In this document: piece after piece, positions 1 through 7,681 of the stretch
Layout: every line of letters starts with the position of its first letter
Position numbering within the stretch: position 1 is the first letter of the stretch
Source of the DNA: a bacterium
Lineage (GTDB): Bacteria; SZUA-182; DTGQ01
Direction of reading: 5' to 3'
NCBI GenBank assembly: GCA_040752695.1
Contig: JBFMGO010000097.1
Span: 1 to 23,494, forward strand
DNA: 23,494 bases
Made by a program: the position numbers and the translations under genes
The notes under the pieces: generated by a model
Databases searched by the model: none
The model's input: the letters and a program-made list of their open reading frames with translations, nothing else
Told to the model about the DNA's origin: nothing

Positions 1-1245
1 AAACATATGAAGGAGCATCGCTCAGCCTTGAGGGTAAGCCTTTTGGGGGAAGAGGGCCAAAGGTTGAGAGCCCTTTTCTGCAGCGACGGTATCAGCGGTC
101 AGCGGTGCGTTGCGGTTGAAAGCACTCTTCCTTTGCAAAGGGCGGTCCAGAATCCCCTGACAAGAGAAACCTTTTTCGAGGCCTTCGGCAAAGTGGGTAA
201 TACCTCCTTTATTATCAATGACATCAATGATGTAGATTGTTCCAGGGTAAGAGGGAGCCTTTTCCTGCCGGTGAGCGAATTGAAGAAAATCAGGCAAAGA
301 GCGATCAAGCAATTGGAACAGCCCGAGTATGTGAAACCGGAAAAAGTCCGGGATGAGCCGTCTGCACCACCGCTTCCCCCGGCCAGGGCGAGACTGCAAA
401 AAAGCAGCCTGGCCGTTCTGGTTTCGGACCTCGAAGATGCAGCCTTTTTCTCACCGCTCATCAAGACAGTGCTCCTGGAACTGAACAGTGCCAAAGAGCT
501 CCGGAAGGCAGCCGGACGGTTATCCGCGTACCCGAACATTTTCCCTTTTTTCCCTGCCATTCTTTTCGAAAAGGAATGTGGCAGGATAGTGGAAGCGCTG
601 GATAAAACCGTCTGCCCAACCATTGTGGCCAATAATTCCGGTCTGGGTCTGGCTGCCGGCCGGAAGGGAATCGGATGGGTGGCGGGGCCCGGCCTCAACT
701 GTATGAATCCTTATGCCGTCAAGGCTCTGCAGGAAGAAGGCGGAAGCACCGGTGCCTTCCTTTCCCCGGAACTGAACGCCCGACAGATCAAAAGCGCCAG
801 TGCCGGCATAAGCGGTGAAAGCTGGCTGGTCGTCATGGGCCCGCTTCTTATGATGACCACCAGGCAATGTCTTTTGGCCGACAGCGCTCGTTGCACCAAA
901 AATGAGGTCGATGCGCAGTGTCTTACTTTCTGTGAACAATACGCGGTCTGGTATGACGAAATGGATATGCCCTTTTATGTTTATAAAAGGCCTGGAGCAT
1001 ACACTCAAATTTTTAATAACGCGATCCTCTTTATTCCTGAGGCAGTGCACCTTTTAAGGGGAAGGATTTCCCGTTTTGTACTGGATATGCGAAACTTCCC
1101 GTTCTATCAATTAACTATGGACCAAAAATGGAAAATTATGATATATTTCACCGGGATTATGACCGGGGAGCCGGGACAGGATAAAGATGCTATAAAGGAA
1201 ATGCTGCCAAAGACTACGAGCGGGCACTTTAAAAGGGGCATTTAA
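1..1245 (+). CDS. U32-family peptidase-like protein with DUF3656 region (RlhA/YdcP-like putative rRNA hydroxylase), C-terminal part; 5' end lies outside the window
   Basis: Frame is open from base 1 (AAA CAT ATG). Motifs 'PLTRETFFEAFGKVGNTSF...LFLPVSELKKIRQRAI' (DUF3656-like), 'GLNCMN', 'FLSPELN', 'GPLLMMTTRQC' and C-terminal 'TTSGHFKRGI' are typical of long U32 proteins. Confidence 0.8.
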   Translation, partial: KHMKEHRSALRVSLLGEEGQRLRALFCSDGISGQRCVAVESTLPLQRAVQNPLTRETFFEAFGKVGNTSFIINDINDVDCSRVRGSLFLPVSELKKIRQRAIKQLEQPEYVKPEKVRDEPSAPPLPPARARLQKSSLAVLVSDLEDAAFFSPLIKTVLLELNSAKELRKAAGRLSAYPNIFPFFPAILFEKECGRIVEALDKTVCPTIVANNSGLGLAAGRKGIGWVAGPGLNCMNPYAVKALQEEGGSTGAFLSPELNARQIKSASAGISGESWLVVMGPLLMMTTRQCLLADSARCTKNEVDAQCLTFCEQYAVWYDEMDMPFYVYKRPGAYTQIFNNAILFIPEAVHLLRGRISRFVLDMRNFPFYQLTMDQKWKIMIYFTGIMTGEPGQDKDAIKEMLPKTTSGHFKRGI

Positions 1246-1379
1246 TCCAGGAGGGGAAAAACCGATGACCAGCATCCGGTAAACGGAATACAGGCACCAC
1301 TGACCTTCAATCCGGCACCTGGCACCCAGGGGATATCCAGCCAATAATTATGGAATTGACTGACATGTCTTTCCATTTC

Positions 1380-1410
1380 TTGACAATGTGATGGAATAAT
1401 GATATATATT
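1380..1410 (+). promoter_or_regulatory. Candidate sigma70 promoter for the pilin genes
   Basis: Perfect TTGACA at 1380-1385, then TATATA at 17-nt spacing (1403-1408) or TATATT at 19 nt, in an AT-rich region upstream of the pilin. RBS GAGGAG lies just before ATG 1573. Confidence 0.4.
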
Positions 1411-1572
1411 TTAGATATACAATATGTTAAATATTGAAAGGGGGAGGGAGAATGGAGGCATTTGGATTTTTATTAATATCACGTTGTAGAGTACTGTAAT
1501 TATTATTCTATCATTTATATTAAGTGAAAAATTATACTTGAAAGCATAAGATCTCGCTGAGAGGAGAAACCA

Positions 1573-2034
1573 ATGTCAAGAGCTATAATTCAACCAAAGA
1601 CACAAGAAGGTTTTACGCTCATTGAAATCATGGTCGTTCTGGTCATTTTAGGTGCCCTGGCAGTTATTTCGGTCCCGGTTTATTCAAATTATGTCCGCAG
1701 AGCCAAAATCAGTGAGGCTATTACGAATGTTGATGCCTATGCCACTGCCATTCGGATCTGGAAAATGGAAAATGGGACCTGGCCGAGCAAACAAAACCTG
1801 ACTGAAGGAAGCAGCAAGGTGGTCGATGTTAATGAGAAATATTTTACTATCGCCTGGAACGGGTCAACCAGTTCCACTTCGAATTTAGTAATAAACATAA
1901 CTGCAGATACAAAAAATTTCGACACTTCTGGCAGCTTCACCTACACTATGACACCTGAATATAAAGGGACATGGTCTGATTCCCAGCAAACAAACGGATT
2001 GCTTTCACTCTATGCCCCGTACCTTTTGAAGTAA
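1573..2034 (+). CDS. pilA: Type IVa major pilin (PilA/PilE-like), 140-aa mature chain
   Basis: Class III signal peptide with a 13-aa leader, G|FTLIEIMVVLVILGALAVISVPVY (E5, P22), followed by 'RAKISEA'. Strong RBS and first gene of the cluster. Confidence 0.85.
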   Translation: MSRAIIQPKTQEGFTLIEIMVVLVILGALAVISVPVYSNYVRRAKISEAITNVDAYATAIRIWKMENGTWPSKQNLTEGSSKVVDVNEKYFTIAWNGSTSSTSNLVINITADTKNFDTSGSFTYTMTPEYKGTWSDSQQTNGLLSLYAPYLLK

Positions 2035-2056
2035 ATAAGCATTACCGGGCTGTCTT

Positions 2057-2437
2057 ATGGATAAGAGGAGTTCATCGCCGAGTCAGGGATTTAGCCTGAT
2101 AGAAGTTATTGTCTCCATCCTGTTTCTCATGATTGCGATAACGGGACTTATGACTCTGTACACCTCCATGAGTTCACAGGTCGAATGGATGAGGTGGAAG
2201 AGGAATGCCATGCTGGTGGCTCAGAAAAGTATCGAAGAATTGGTGGCCGATCCGAATGTCCCGATCGGCCCGATTGAGACCGTAGATGTTTTCGTTACAC
2301 CCTTTCAATCTGTCAAGAGCACTCTGGAGATGACACAGCCGGACCCTCATGATCCGAAGACCATTGAGTGTAAGGTCAAGGGAAAGTGGAACGACAGGGA
2401 TGTTTCTGTTAGCTTGAGGACAATCGTGGGAAGATAA
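2057..2437 (+). CDS. Minor pilin, PilV/GspI-like
   Basis: Prepilin motif QG|FSLIEVIVSILFLMIAITGL, then 'A..AQKSIEEL' as in PilV/GspI-type pilins; 126 aa. Confidence 0.8.
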   Translation: MDKRSSSPSQGFSLIEVIVSILFLMIAITGLMTLYTSMSSQVEWMRWKRNAMLVAQKSIEELVADPNVPIGPIETVDVFVTPFQSVKSTLEMTQPDPHDPKTIECKVKGKWNDRDVSVSLRTIVGR

Positions 2438-2449
2438 AGTTAGAGGTAT

Positions 2450-3178
2450 ATGGCTGTCGAATATTGTATCTCAGGATATCTTCGATTCCGGCTCATGATA
2501 AAGAGGTACCTGTCAGTACGGGGTGTCACCCTGATCGAACTTATGATGGTTCTGATGTTTATGGCCATCGCTGTTCTCGTTATGGGAAAGTACCTGGGAG
2601 ACTTGCATGAAAGTTATACCTTGTCCAAGGCCATGATGGAAGTTCAGGAGCAAGCCCAGTATGCATTGGATCGCATCGTCTACGGCTTTGTTACCCGATC
2701 GGACGATCCCCAAAGGGAAACTCTCATCTGGAAGGGAGGTCTCCTGTGGGCTTTCGAATACGATATATCTGAAGGGAATGAGAGAAGTATCTCTTTTTGT
2801 AACGAGCCTTTGAATGATCCCAATCGAGTTGTTTTTGTCTACGAGGGGCGAGAAAACATGATTGTCAAGTATCGGGAAGGATATCCGGACAGAGCGGAGA
2901 CTATCATTCCATATAACAGGACTGTTCAGGACGACGGAGCTGTTCAGGGAAAACGCTTAAATCCATTTGATGCTTTTGTCAGATACCGAACGGATCCTGC
3001 AGATCCGGACCGATCAGTGTCGATTAAAGTTACCGTCAGATACTGGCGGAACCCTGATGATCCGAACCGGCCGCTGCTCAACGACCCAAACCAGCAGTAC
3101 CACACAAAACGGTTCCTGGGCCCGGATATCCTGACGTCCTGTATGGAGACAACGATAACTCCAAGAAACTGCAGATAA
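2450..3178 (+). CDS. Minor pilin, PilW/GspJ-like (alternative start ATG 2495)
   Basis: Prepilin motif RG|VTLIELMMVLMFMAIAVLVM, then 'EVQEQAQYALDRI' and C-terminal 'METTITPRN', characteristic of PilW/GspJ-like pilins. Confidence 0.8.
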   Translation: MAVEYCISGYLRFRLMIKRYLSVRGVTLIELMMVLMFMAIAVLVMGKYLGDLHESYTLSKAMMEVQEQAQYALDRIVYGFVTRSDDPQRETLIWKGGLLWAFEYDISEGNERSISFCNEPLNDPNRVVFVYEGRENMIVKYREGYPDRAETIIPYNRTVQDDGAVQGKRLNPFDAFVRYRTDPADPDRSVSIKVTVRYWRNPDDPNRPLLNDPNQQYHTKRFLGPDILTSCMETTITPRNCR

Positions 3179-3200
3179 AACACAGATAAGACTCGGTGAA

Positions 3201-3227
3201 TAAAAATTTTGGCTATTGTGCCGATAA
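3201..3227 (+). promoter_or_regulatory. sigma28 (FliA/SigD/WhiG-type) promoter
   Basis: TAAA (3201-3204), 15 nt, GCCGATAA (3220-3227): exact match to the TAAA-N15-GCCGATAA consensus, in intergenic DNA. Confidence 0.7.
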
Positions 3228-3233
3228 ATAAGT

Positions 3234-3450
3234 TATAATAGTATACAGCAGATATGACCGTAAAAGGGAATCAACTTGCAGGGAATATTAGGTAGTGCTT
3301 GGGAATACATAGTGCAGGGAAGAGGTAGGTCAGTTATGCTTTCATGAGGAAATCGCACGCGTTCCTCTTAAACTCCCCCCTGAGCAGGTTCCTCGAAAGG
3401 CAGTACACCTGTCTGATGATGGCGATCAGATGGATGCCCTGACAAAAAAA
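3234..3450 (+). ncRNA. Candidate structured, GGA-rich non-coding RNA or long 5' leader downstream of the sigma28 promoter
   Basis: GGA motifs at 3265, 3280, 3300, 3316, 3346 and 3430. Potential stems GTCAG/CTGAC, GAGGAA/TTCCTC, CAGGT/ACCTG and TCTGAT/ATCAGA. No ORF of 60 aa or more. No family match recognised. Confidence 0.3.
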
Positions 3451-3611
3451 TCTTCATTAATCATAGCTTGAGAGTGATAGGTTAACGGGAAAATTTAGTA
3501 TAAAGTGTTAGGTTTTTGTCGAGTTTTAGTATTTTGACTTCTCATAAAGCATAAATTGGCAACAGTAGTTTAGCATAGTATATATTAAGGACATTTATCA
3601 TTATTTCCACA

Positions 3612-3660
3612 TTGATTTTTTTAACCCTTAATGGTACAATTTGTTGTAGAATAGCTACAA
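3612..3660 (+). promoter_or_regulatory. sigma70 promoter with extended -10, plus a palindrome over the expected start site, upstream of the assembly operon
   Basis: TTGATT (3612-3617), N17, TACAAT (3635-3640) with TG at 3632-3633. Inverted repeat TTGTAG-N5-CTACAA at 3644-3660. Confidence 0.6.
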
Positions 3661-3676
3661 ATTTTCGTAGGAATCT

Positions 3677-4591
3677 ATGGAATATTACTCATTAGTTGGT
3701 CTGACAAAAGAGCCTTTTTCCAACTCACCGGACCCGAGTTTCTTTTATTACTCCCCTGATTACCAGGAGTGTTTACAGCGGCTTGAAATTTCCATCCGGC
3801 TTAGAAGAGGGCTGAATGTCATTCTTGGCAATATCGGGACCGGAAAAACCACTATCAGCAGGATTCTGGTGAACATGTTCAAGCAGGAGAAAGACCGGTT
3901 CCTGTTCCACCTGATCATCGATCCTTCTTTTCGTTCGGAGTTTCAGTTTCTGTCCTGCCTGATCGATACTTTCGGCATCACGGCCCGGATACGGTCAACG
4001 ATCGGGTATAAGGAAGCTCTCCAGGACTATCTGTTCCAAAAGGGAGTTCACGAAGAAAAGATCGTCGTTCTTTTAGTCGATGAGGGGCAAAAACTAACCT
4101 CTCCCTACATAGAGATTCTGCGAAACCTTTTAAACTTCGAAACGAATGAATATAAGCTGCTCCAGTTGATTATCCTTGCTCAGATGGAATTCGTAGACGT
4201 TGTTGCCAACCATAAAAATTTTATGGACAGGGTGAATGTGAGCTACACCATTAACCCCTTATCCCTGGATGAGACCATGGAGCTTATTCAACATCGCCTT
4301 CAAACTGCGGGGTTGTCCCCTGAAAAAAGGCTCTTCGATGATGAAGCGGTGCATTATATCCACTTACAGACTCAAGGATATCCCAGAAAGATCATCCAGT
4401 TTTGTCACCATGCTCTGGTTATGACCTTAATCCATGGAAAACAAGTTGTAGACTTGGACATTGTGCAGGCTGTGCAGGAGAAAAGTATTTTCTTGGATGA
4501 TGAACTTACCCGATTCAAGAAAAACCTCCAGGGGCTTTATCGGAGCTACTCTCAGATGCAATCGCACCTGCACTCTACCAATAAGGATTAA
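3677..4591 (+). CDS. ExeA/GspA/MshM-like AAA ATPase
   Basis: N-terminal 'YYSLVGLTKEPFSNSPDPSFFY', Walker A GNIGTGKT, Walker B VLLVDEGQ, 'LRNLLNFETNEYKLLQLIIL' and 'TQGYPRKI'. No C-terminal peptidoglycan-binding domain. Confidence 0.9.
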   Translation: MEYYSLVGLTKEPFSNSPDPSFFYYSPDYQECLQRLEISIRLRRGLNVILGNIGTGKTTISRILVNMFKQEKDRFLFHLIIDPSFRSEFQFLSCLIDTFGITARIRSTIGYKEALQDYLFQKGVHEEKIVVLLVDEGQKLTSPYIEILRNLLNFETNEYKLLQLIILAQMEFVDVVANHKNFMDRVNVSYTINPLSLDETMELIQHRLQTAGLSPEKRLFDDEAVHYIHLQTQGYPRKIIQFCHHALVMTLIHGKQVVDLDIVQAVQEKSIFLDDELTRFKKNLQGLYRSYSQMQSHLHSTNKD

Positions 4592-4596
4592 AAAGA

Positions 4597-6024
4597 GTGA
4601 AGAAAGAAGACGAAATCGCGGCGACAAATAAACTCTTGCGGCTCATCAGGGGTGAAAAAGGAGTCCCGGGGAGCGAAGAGTCACAGGATCCTCCGGATGA
4701 TGGCGACCAGGCTGGTTTCGCTGAGCCGTTATCAGCCGGATCTTCGATGCGGGAAGGTCCTTCCGGCTCTTTGATTCCGGAGAAGGACGACAGCAAAAAT
4801 GACCGCTCTTTCAACAATAGCGATGAGCCTGATCATGGATCTGAAGGCCCGGATGGAACATCGGACCCGGATGCCCGCAGGGAGCAGGAATCTTTTTATG
4901 AGTCCCACAAGACTGATGCCAATCACGTTCCGTCATCCCTGCCACCTCTGATATCGACAGCATCCCGTAAGGGAACGGGTGAGGAAAGCGAGCAGGAGGG
5001 TTACCGACAGCAGGGAGAGATCAGGGGGAATATCAAATCAAGTCTGGGATTGGATATCGGTTCCCGGTACGTAAAGTTTGTCCAGCTCCAGCGCAGGATG
5101 AATAAATACCATCTCATTGCCTGGGGTATTGTCAAGGTTGCCCCCAAATCGCCTGAGGGAGGAACGGCTTCTGTGACTCCTGTTCTGCGAGGCCTGTTGA
5201 AAGGGGTTTCTTCCTCTCATACCAGGCTCATAAGCTCTGTCGGTGGGGCATCGGTTATCGTAAGGCATATCAAGTTCCCTCCCCTTTCGGATAAAGAGAT
5301 CGATGAATCCATACGGTGGGAAGCCAAAAGCTATGTTCCATTCCCTTTACGGGATGTAAACATCGATTACCAGATACTGGGCAAATCAACAAAAAATAAA
5401 CAAATGGATGTGTTACTGGTTGCGGTAACCAAAAAACTCCTCCAGGACCATCTGGATATGCTTCAAAGCATCCAGCTCAAGCCCAGCATCATTGATATCA
5501 ATTCCCTTGCCCTGGTAAATTCCTTTTCGTCGGGCAACACAGGAAAGGATGAGCGGGCTGTTGTTTTATTGGATATCGGCTCATCAACTACTATCTTAAA
5601 CATTTATAAAAAAGACGATCTTTACTTAACGAGAGATATCCCCATCGCCGGAGACGCCTTTTCGCTTTATCTTCAAAAAGAGTTACACCTTACGTATGAA
5701 GAGGTGGAAAGCATCAAGCGTGACGGGAAATTCGACATCAACACCATCCGGCCTGTGCTGGATAATTTAACCAAGGAGATTCGGCGGTCTCTCATTTACT
5801 ATGATAACCAGACCTCTCGCCGCGGTTTTAGCCGGATTATCCTTTCTGGCGGCAGTGCCCGGCTGCCGGGAATCGTTCATTACCTTTCCGAAGAGTTGGG
5901 ACTGACCGTTGAAATAGCAAACCCATTGCAGACTATTCAAATTGATCCTAAACGGTTTTCCCAGGATGAATTACAGTTTTTTTCGCCGCAGATGGCCCTG
6001 GCCGTCGGGCTAGCAAGCAGATAA
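4597..6024 (+). CDS. pilM: Type IV pilus assembly protein PilM with a ~148-aa acidic N-terminal extension (GTG start)
   Basis: Actin-like/FtsA-fold motifs 'LGLDIGSRYVK', 'EAKSYVPFPL..VNIDYQIL', 'VLLVAV', 'LLDIGSSTT', 'IILSGGSARLPG' and 'AVGLA'. Confidence 0.93.
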   Translation: MKKEDEIAATNKLLRLIRGEKGVPGSEESQDPPDDGDQAGFAEPLSAGSSMREGPSGSLIPEKDDSKNDRSFNNSDEPDHGSEGPDGTSDPDARREQESFYESHKTDANHVPSSLPPLISTASRKGTGEESEQEGYRQQGEIRGNIKSSLGLDIGSRYVKFVQLQRRMNKYHLIAWGIVKVAPKSPEGGTASVTPVLRGLLKGVSSSHTRLISSVGGASVIVRHIKFPPLSDKEIDESIRWEAKSYVPFPLRDVNIDYQILGKSTKNKQMDVLLVAVTKKLLQDHLDMLQSIQLKPSIIDINSLALVNSFSSGNTGKDERAVVLLDIGSSTTILNIYKKDDLYLTRDIPIAGDAFSLYLQKELHLTYEEVESIKRDGKFDINTIRPVLDNLTKEIRRSLIYYDNQTSRRGFSRIILSGGSARLPGIVHYLSEELGLTVEIANPLQTIQIDPKRFSQDELQFFSPQMALAVGLASR

Positions 6025-6030
6025 CAGGCT

Positions 6031-6633
6031 ATGAATAATACATTTACGATAAATGTCCTGACGCCGGGACAAAGAAAGGCGCGATACGGAGAGTCAAACA
6101 AGACGATTGTCTTGCTTCTGCCGATTCTCACCTGGTTAATATTGGCTTATGGCCTCTATACATTCATGTACCTACCTACTTATAGCCATATTCAGAGGCA
6201 GCAAATGACACTGAGAGATCTCAATCTGGATCTCACCCGGTTGAACGCCCTCAGAAGCAAGCTTGAAAAGCAACAGGCACTGTATCTTTCCACTGCCGGG
6301 GAGCGAGTAGGCTGGAGTTCAAAATTAGCCTCCTTCAGTCTTCTGATACCGGATGATATTTGGATCACCAGAATTTTCTTTGCAGAGCAAGACGGTGCAC
6401 CTGGGAAACCTCCTGTATTGGAAATTTTCGGCCAAACGGTTTCCAGAACTAAACAGGAGTCTTTAGACAAAATCGCCATCTTCATCGAAGATGTAAACAA
6501 AGACTCCTCTTACCGTCTCGATTTTTATCCCATTGAGTTTATTTACTCACAATTACGGGATGAGCAAAAGAGCATCATGGATTTTAAGCTCTCCTCCCTT
6601 GCCAAGGCAGCCCAGATAGGAGATAAGCAGTAA
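6031..6633 (+). CDS. pilN: PilN-like alignment-complex protein
   Basis: N-terminal 'INVL' (PilM-binding INLLP-like motif), one TM helix, a coiled coil and 'IPDDIWIT'; lies directly after pilM. Confidence 0.8.
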   Translation: MNNTFTINVLTPGQRKARYGESNKTIVLLLPILTWLILAYGLYTFMYLPTYSHIQRQQMTLRDLNLDLTRLNALRSKLEKQQALYLSTAGERVGWSSKLASFSLLIPDDIWITRIFFAEQDGAPGKPPVLEIFGQTVSRTKQESLDKIAIFIEDVNKDSSYRLDFYPIEFIYSQLRDEQKSIMDFKLSSLAKAAQIGDKQ

Positions 6634-7671
6634 ATGTCCTATTCTATACCTAAAACATCGATTGTAATCGCCATCGGAGGATGTCTTTTAGTTGCCAGCA
6701 TGTTTTTCTATTTTCTCTATATGCCGAATAGAAAGATTCTCGACCAAAACAGTGATCAAATAACCGAACTTGAACAGAAAATTCATATTGAAACCGCAGT
6801 GACAACGAGCCTCAAGAAAAAATTAGCCTCTCTTGACATTGAAAATGCGAGTCTTAATTATTTCAACCGGTTGGACCTGGAAGAACCCGACAGGATCCCC
6901 TGCCTTTTGAAGAATCTCACCCAGGAGGCAAATGCGCTGGGCATCAAATTTCTCTCCGTAGACCCCCAAGTCCCGGAGAAAAAAGACCTTTACCGGAAAT
7001 ATGTCTTTAAGGTCAATGTACGGGCGAGCTTTCAGCAAATGCTTTATTTCCTGGATTGTATCGAGAATAAATTAAAACTCAATATTGATAGATTCAGTAT
7101 GAGCAGGGCGGATCTGTTCGACGCGGCCAGGGTTCATACAGACCTCCCTTCTGATATTTCCGACCTGGTAACTGCCAGCATTTATATTAATTCACTGGAA
7201 TTGGAAGACAGTCAATTGAAGGATTTTCAGAGTCTTGCCCAGGTAAAAGCATTTTACCTTGACCCTAACATGATGGATATGTCAGCTATCCCATCTCCTC
7301 AATTTGAAGACGCCGAGCAGGAAGCATTAATTGCTCAGGCAGTCCATAATGATCCGTTCCACCCTGAAAGGCTGCTTCCTTCGTACGCACGTCGATCGCC
7401 GGATAAACTCCTGTCCGATAAACAGTACCTCCTGGTTAAAAAAGATGATAAGGAATTGGTTGTAAACGCTATTATTGATTTTCAGGAGGAGCGGATAGCC
7501 ATTCTCGGTCAGGACCTGGTAAAGAATGGAGATGTTTTGGAAAATACCCAGGTAGGCGAGCGGAATGTGGATATGAAGGTTCTAAATATTGGGGAAAATA
7601 CCGTAACTTTGGGAGATGGGCAAGAAAAATACGTCCTGAAGCTGCCTAATAATCCCGTTCAATTAAAATAG
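6634..7671 (+). CDS. pilO: PilO-like protein with a fused C-terminal PilP/GspC-HR-like domain
   Basis: TM helix, coiled coil and 'LLKNLTQEANALGIKFLSVDP...ASFQQMLYFLDCIE' (PilO), then 'NDPFHP' and a beta-rich 'AIIDFQEERIAIL...VKNGD...KVLNIGENTVTL' domain (PilP-like). Lies between pilN and the secretin. Confidence 0.75.
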   Translation: MSYSIPKTSIVIAIGGCLLVASMFFYFLYMPNRKILDQNSDQITELEQKIHIETAVTTSLKKKLASLDIENASLNYFNRLDLEEPDRIPCLLKNLTQEANALGIKFLSVDPQVPEKKDLYRKYVFKVNVRASFQQMLYFLDCIENKLKLNIDRFSMSRADLFDAARVHTDLPSDISDLVTASIYINSLELEDSQLKDFQSLAQVKAFYLDPNMMDMSAIPSPQFEDAEQEALIAQAVHNDPFHPERLLPSYARRSPDKLLSDKQYLLVKKDDKELVVNAIIDFQEERIAILGQDLVKNGDVLENTQVGERNVDMKVLNIGENTVTLGDGQEKYVLKLPNNPVQLK

Positions 7672-7681
7672 GGAGATAGCT

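Noticed and set aside
22..1050. Antisense ORFs 22-399, 99-698 and 520-1050
   Set aside because: Shadows of the U32 gene with no recognisable motifs.
1277..1330. GGTAAAC start of a GEMM-like motif, and three GGCACC copies (1293, 1314, 1321)
   Set aside because: No GNRA-capped stem or GCAAA junction follows. The GGCACC copies are short and irregularly spaced.
3258..3290. Cobalamin riboswitch (AAAAGGGAA)
   Set aside because: Lacks the following GGTG.AA.TCC hairpin, CCC.C.ACTGT and the B12 box.
3380..3445. c-di-GMP-I (GEMM) or c-di-GMP-II riboswitch upstream of the pilus operon
   Set aside because: CCTCGAAAGG gives a GAAA-like loop, but the GGYAAAC...GACGCAAAGC core and P2 features are absent, and no class II core was seen.
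3313..3471. Start-less open frame (…EEIARVPLKLPPEQVPRK…) as a pilX pseudogene
   Set aside because: No prepilin motif, no start codon near its 5' end and no recognisable similarity.
1320..3570. sigma54 promoters at TGGCAC (1320) and TGGCAA (3557)
   Set aside because: Neither has the required GC at -12 (GG-N10-GC).
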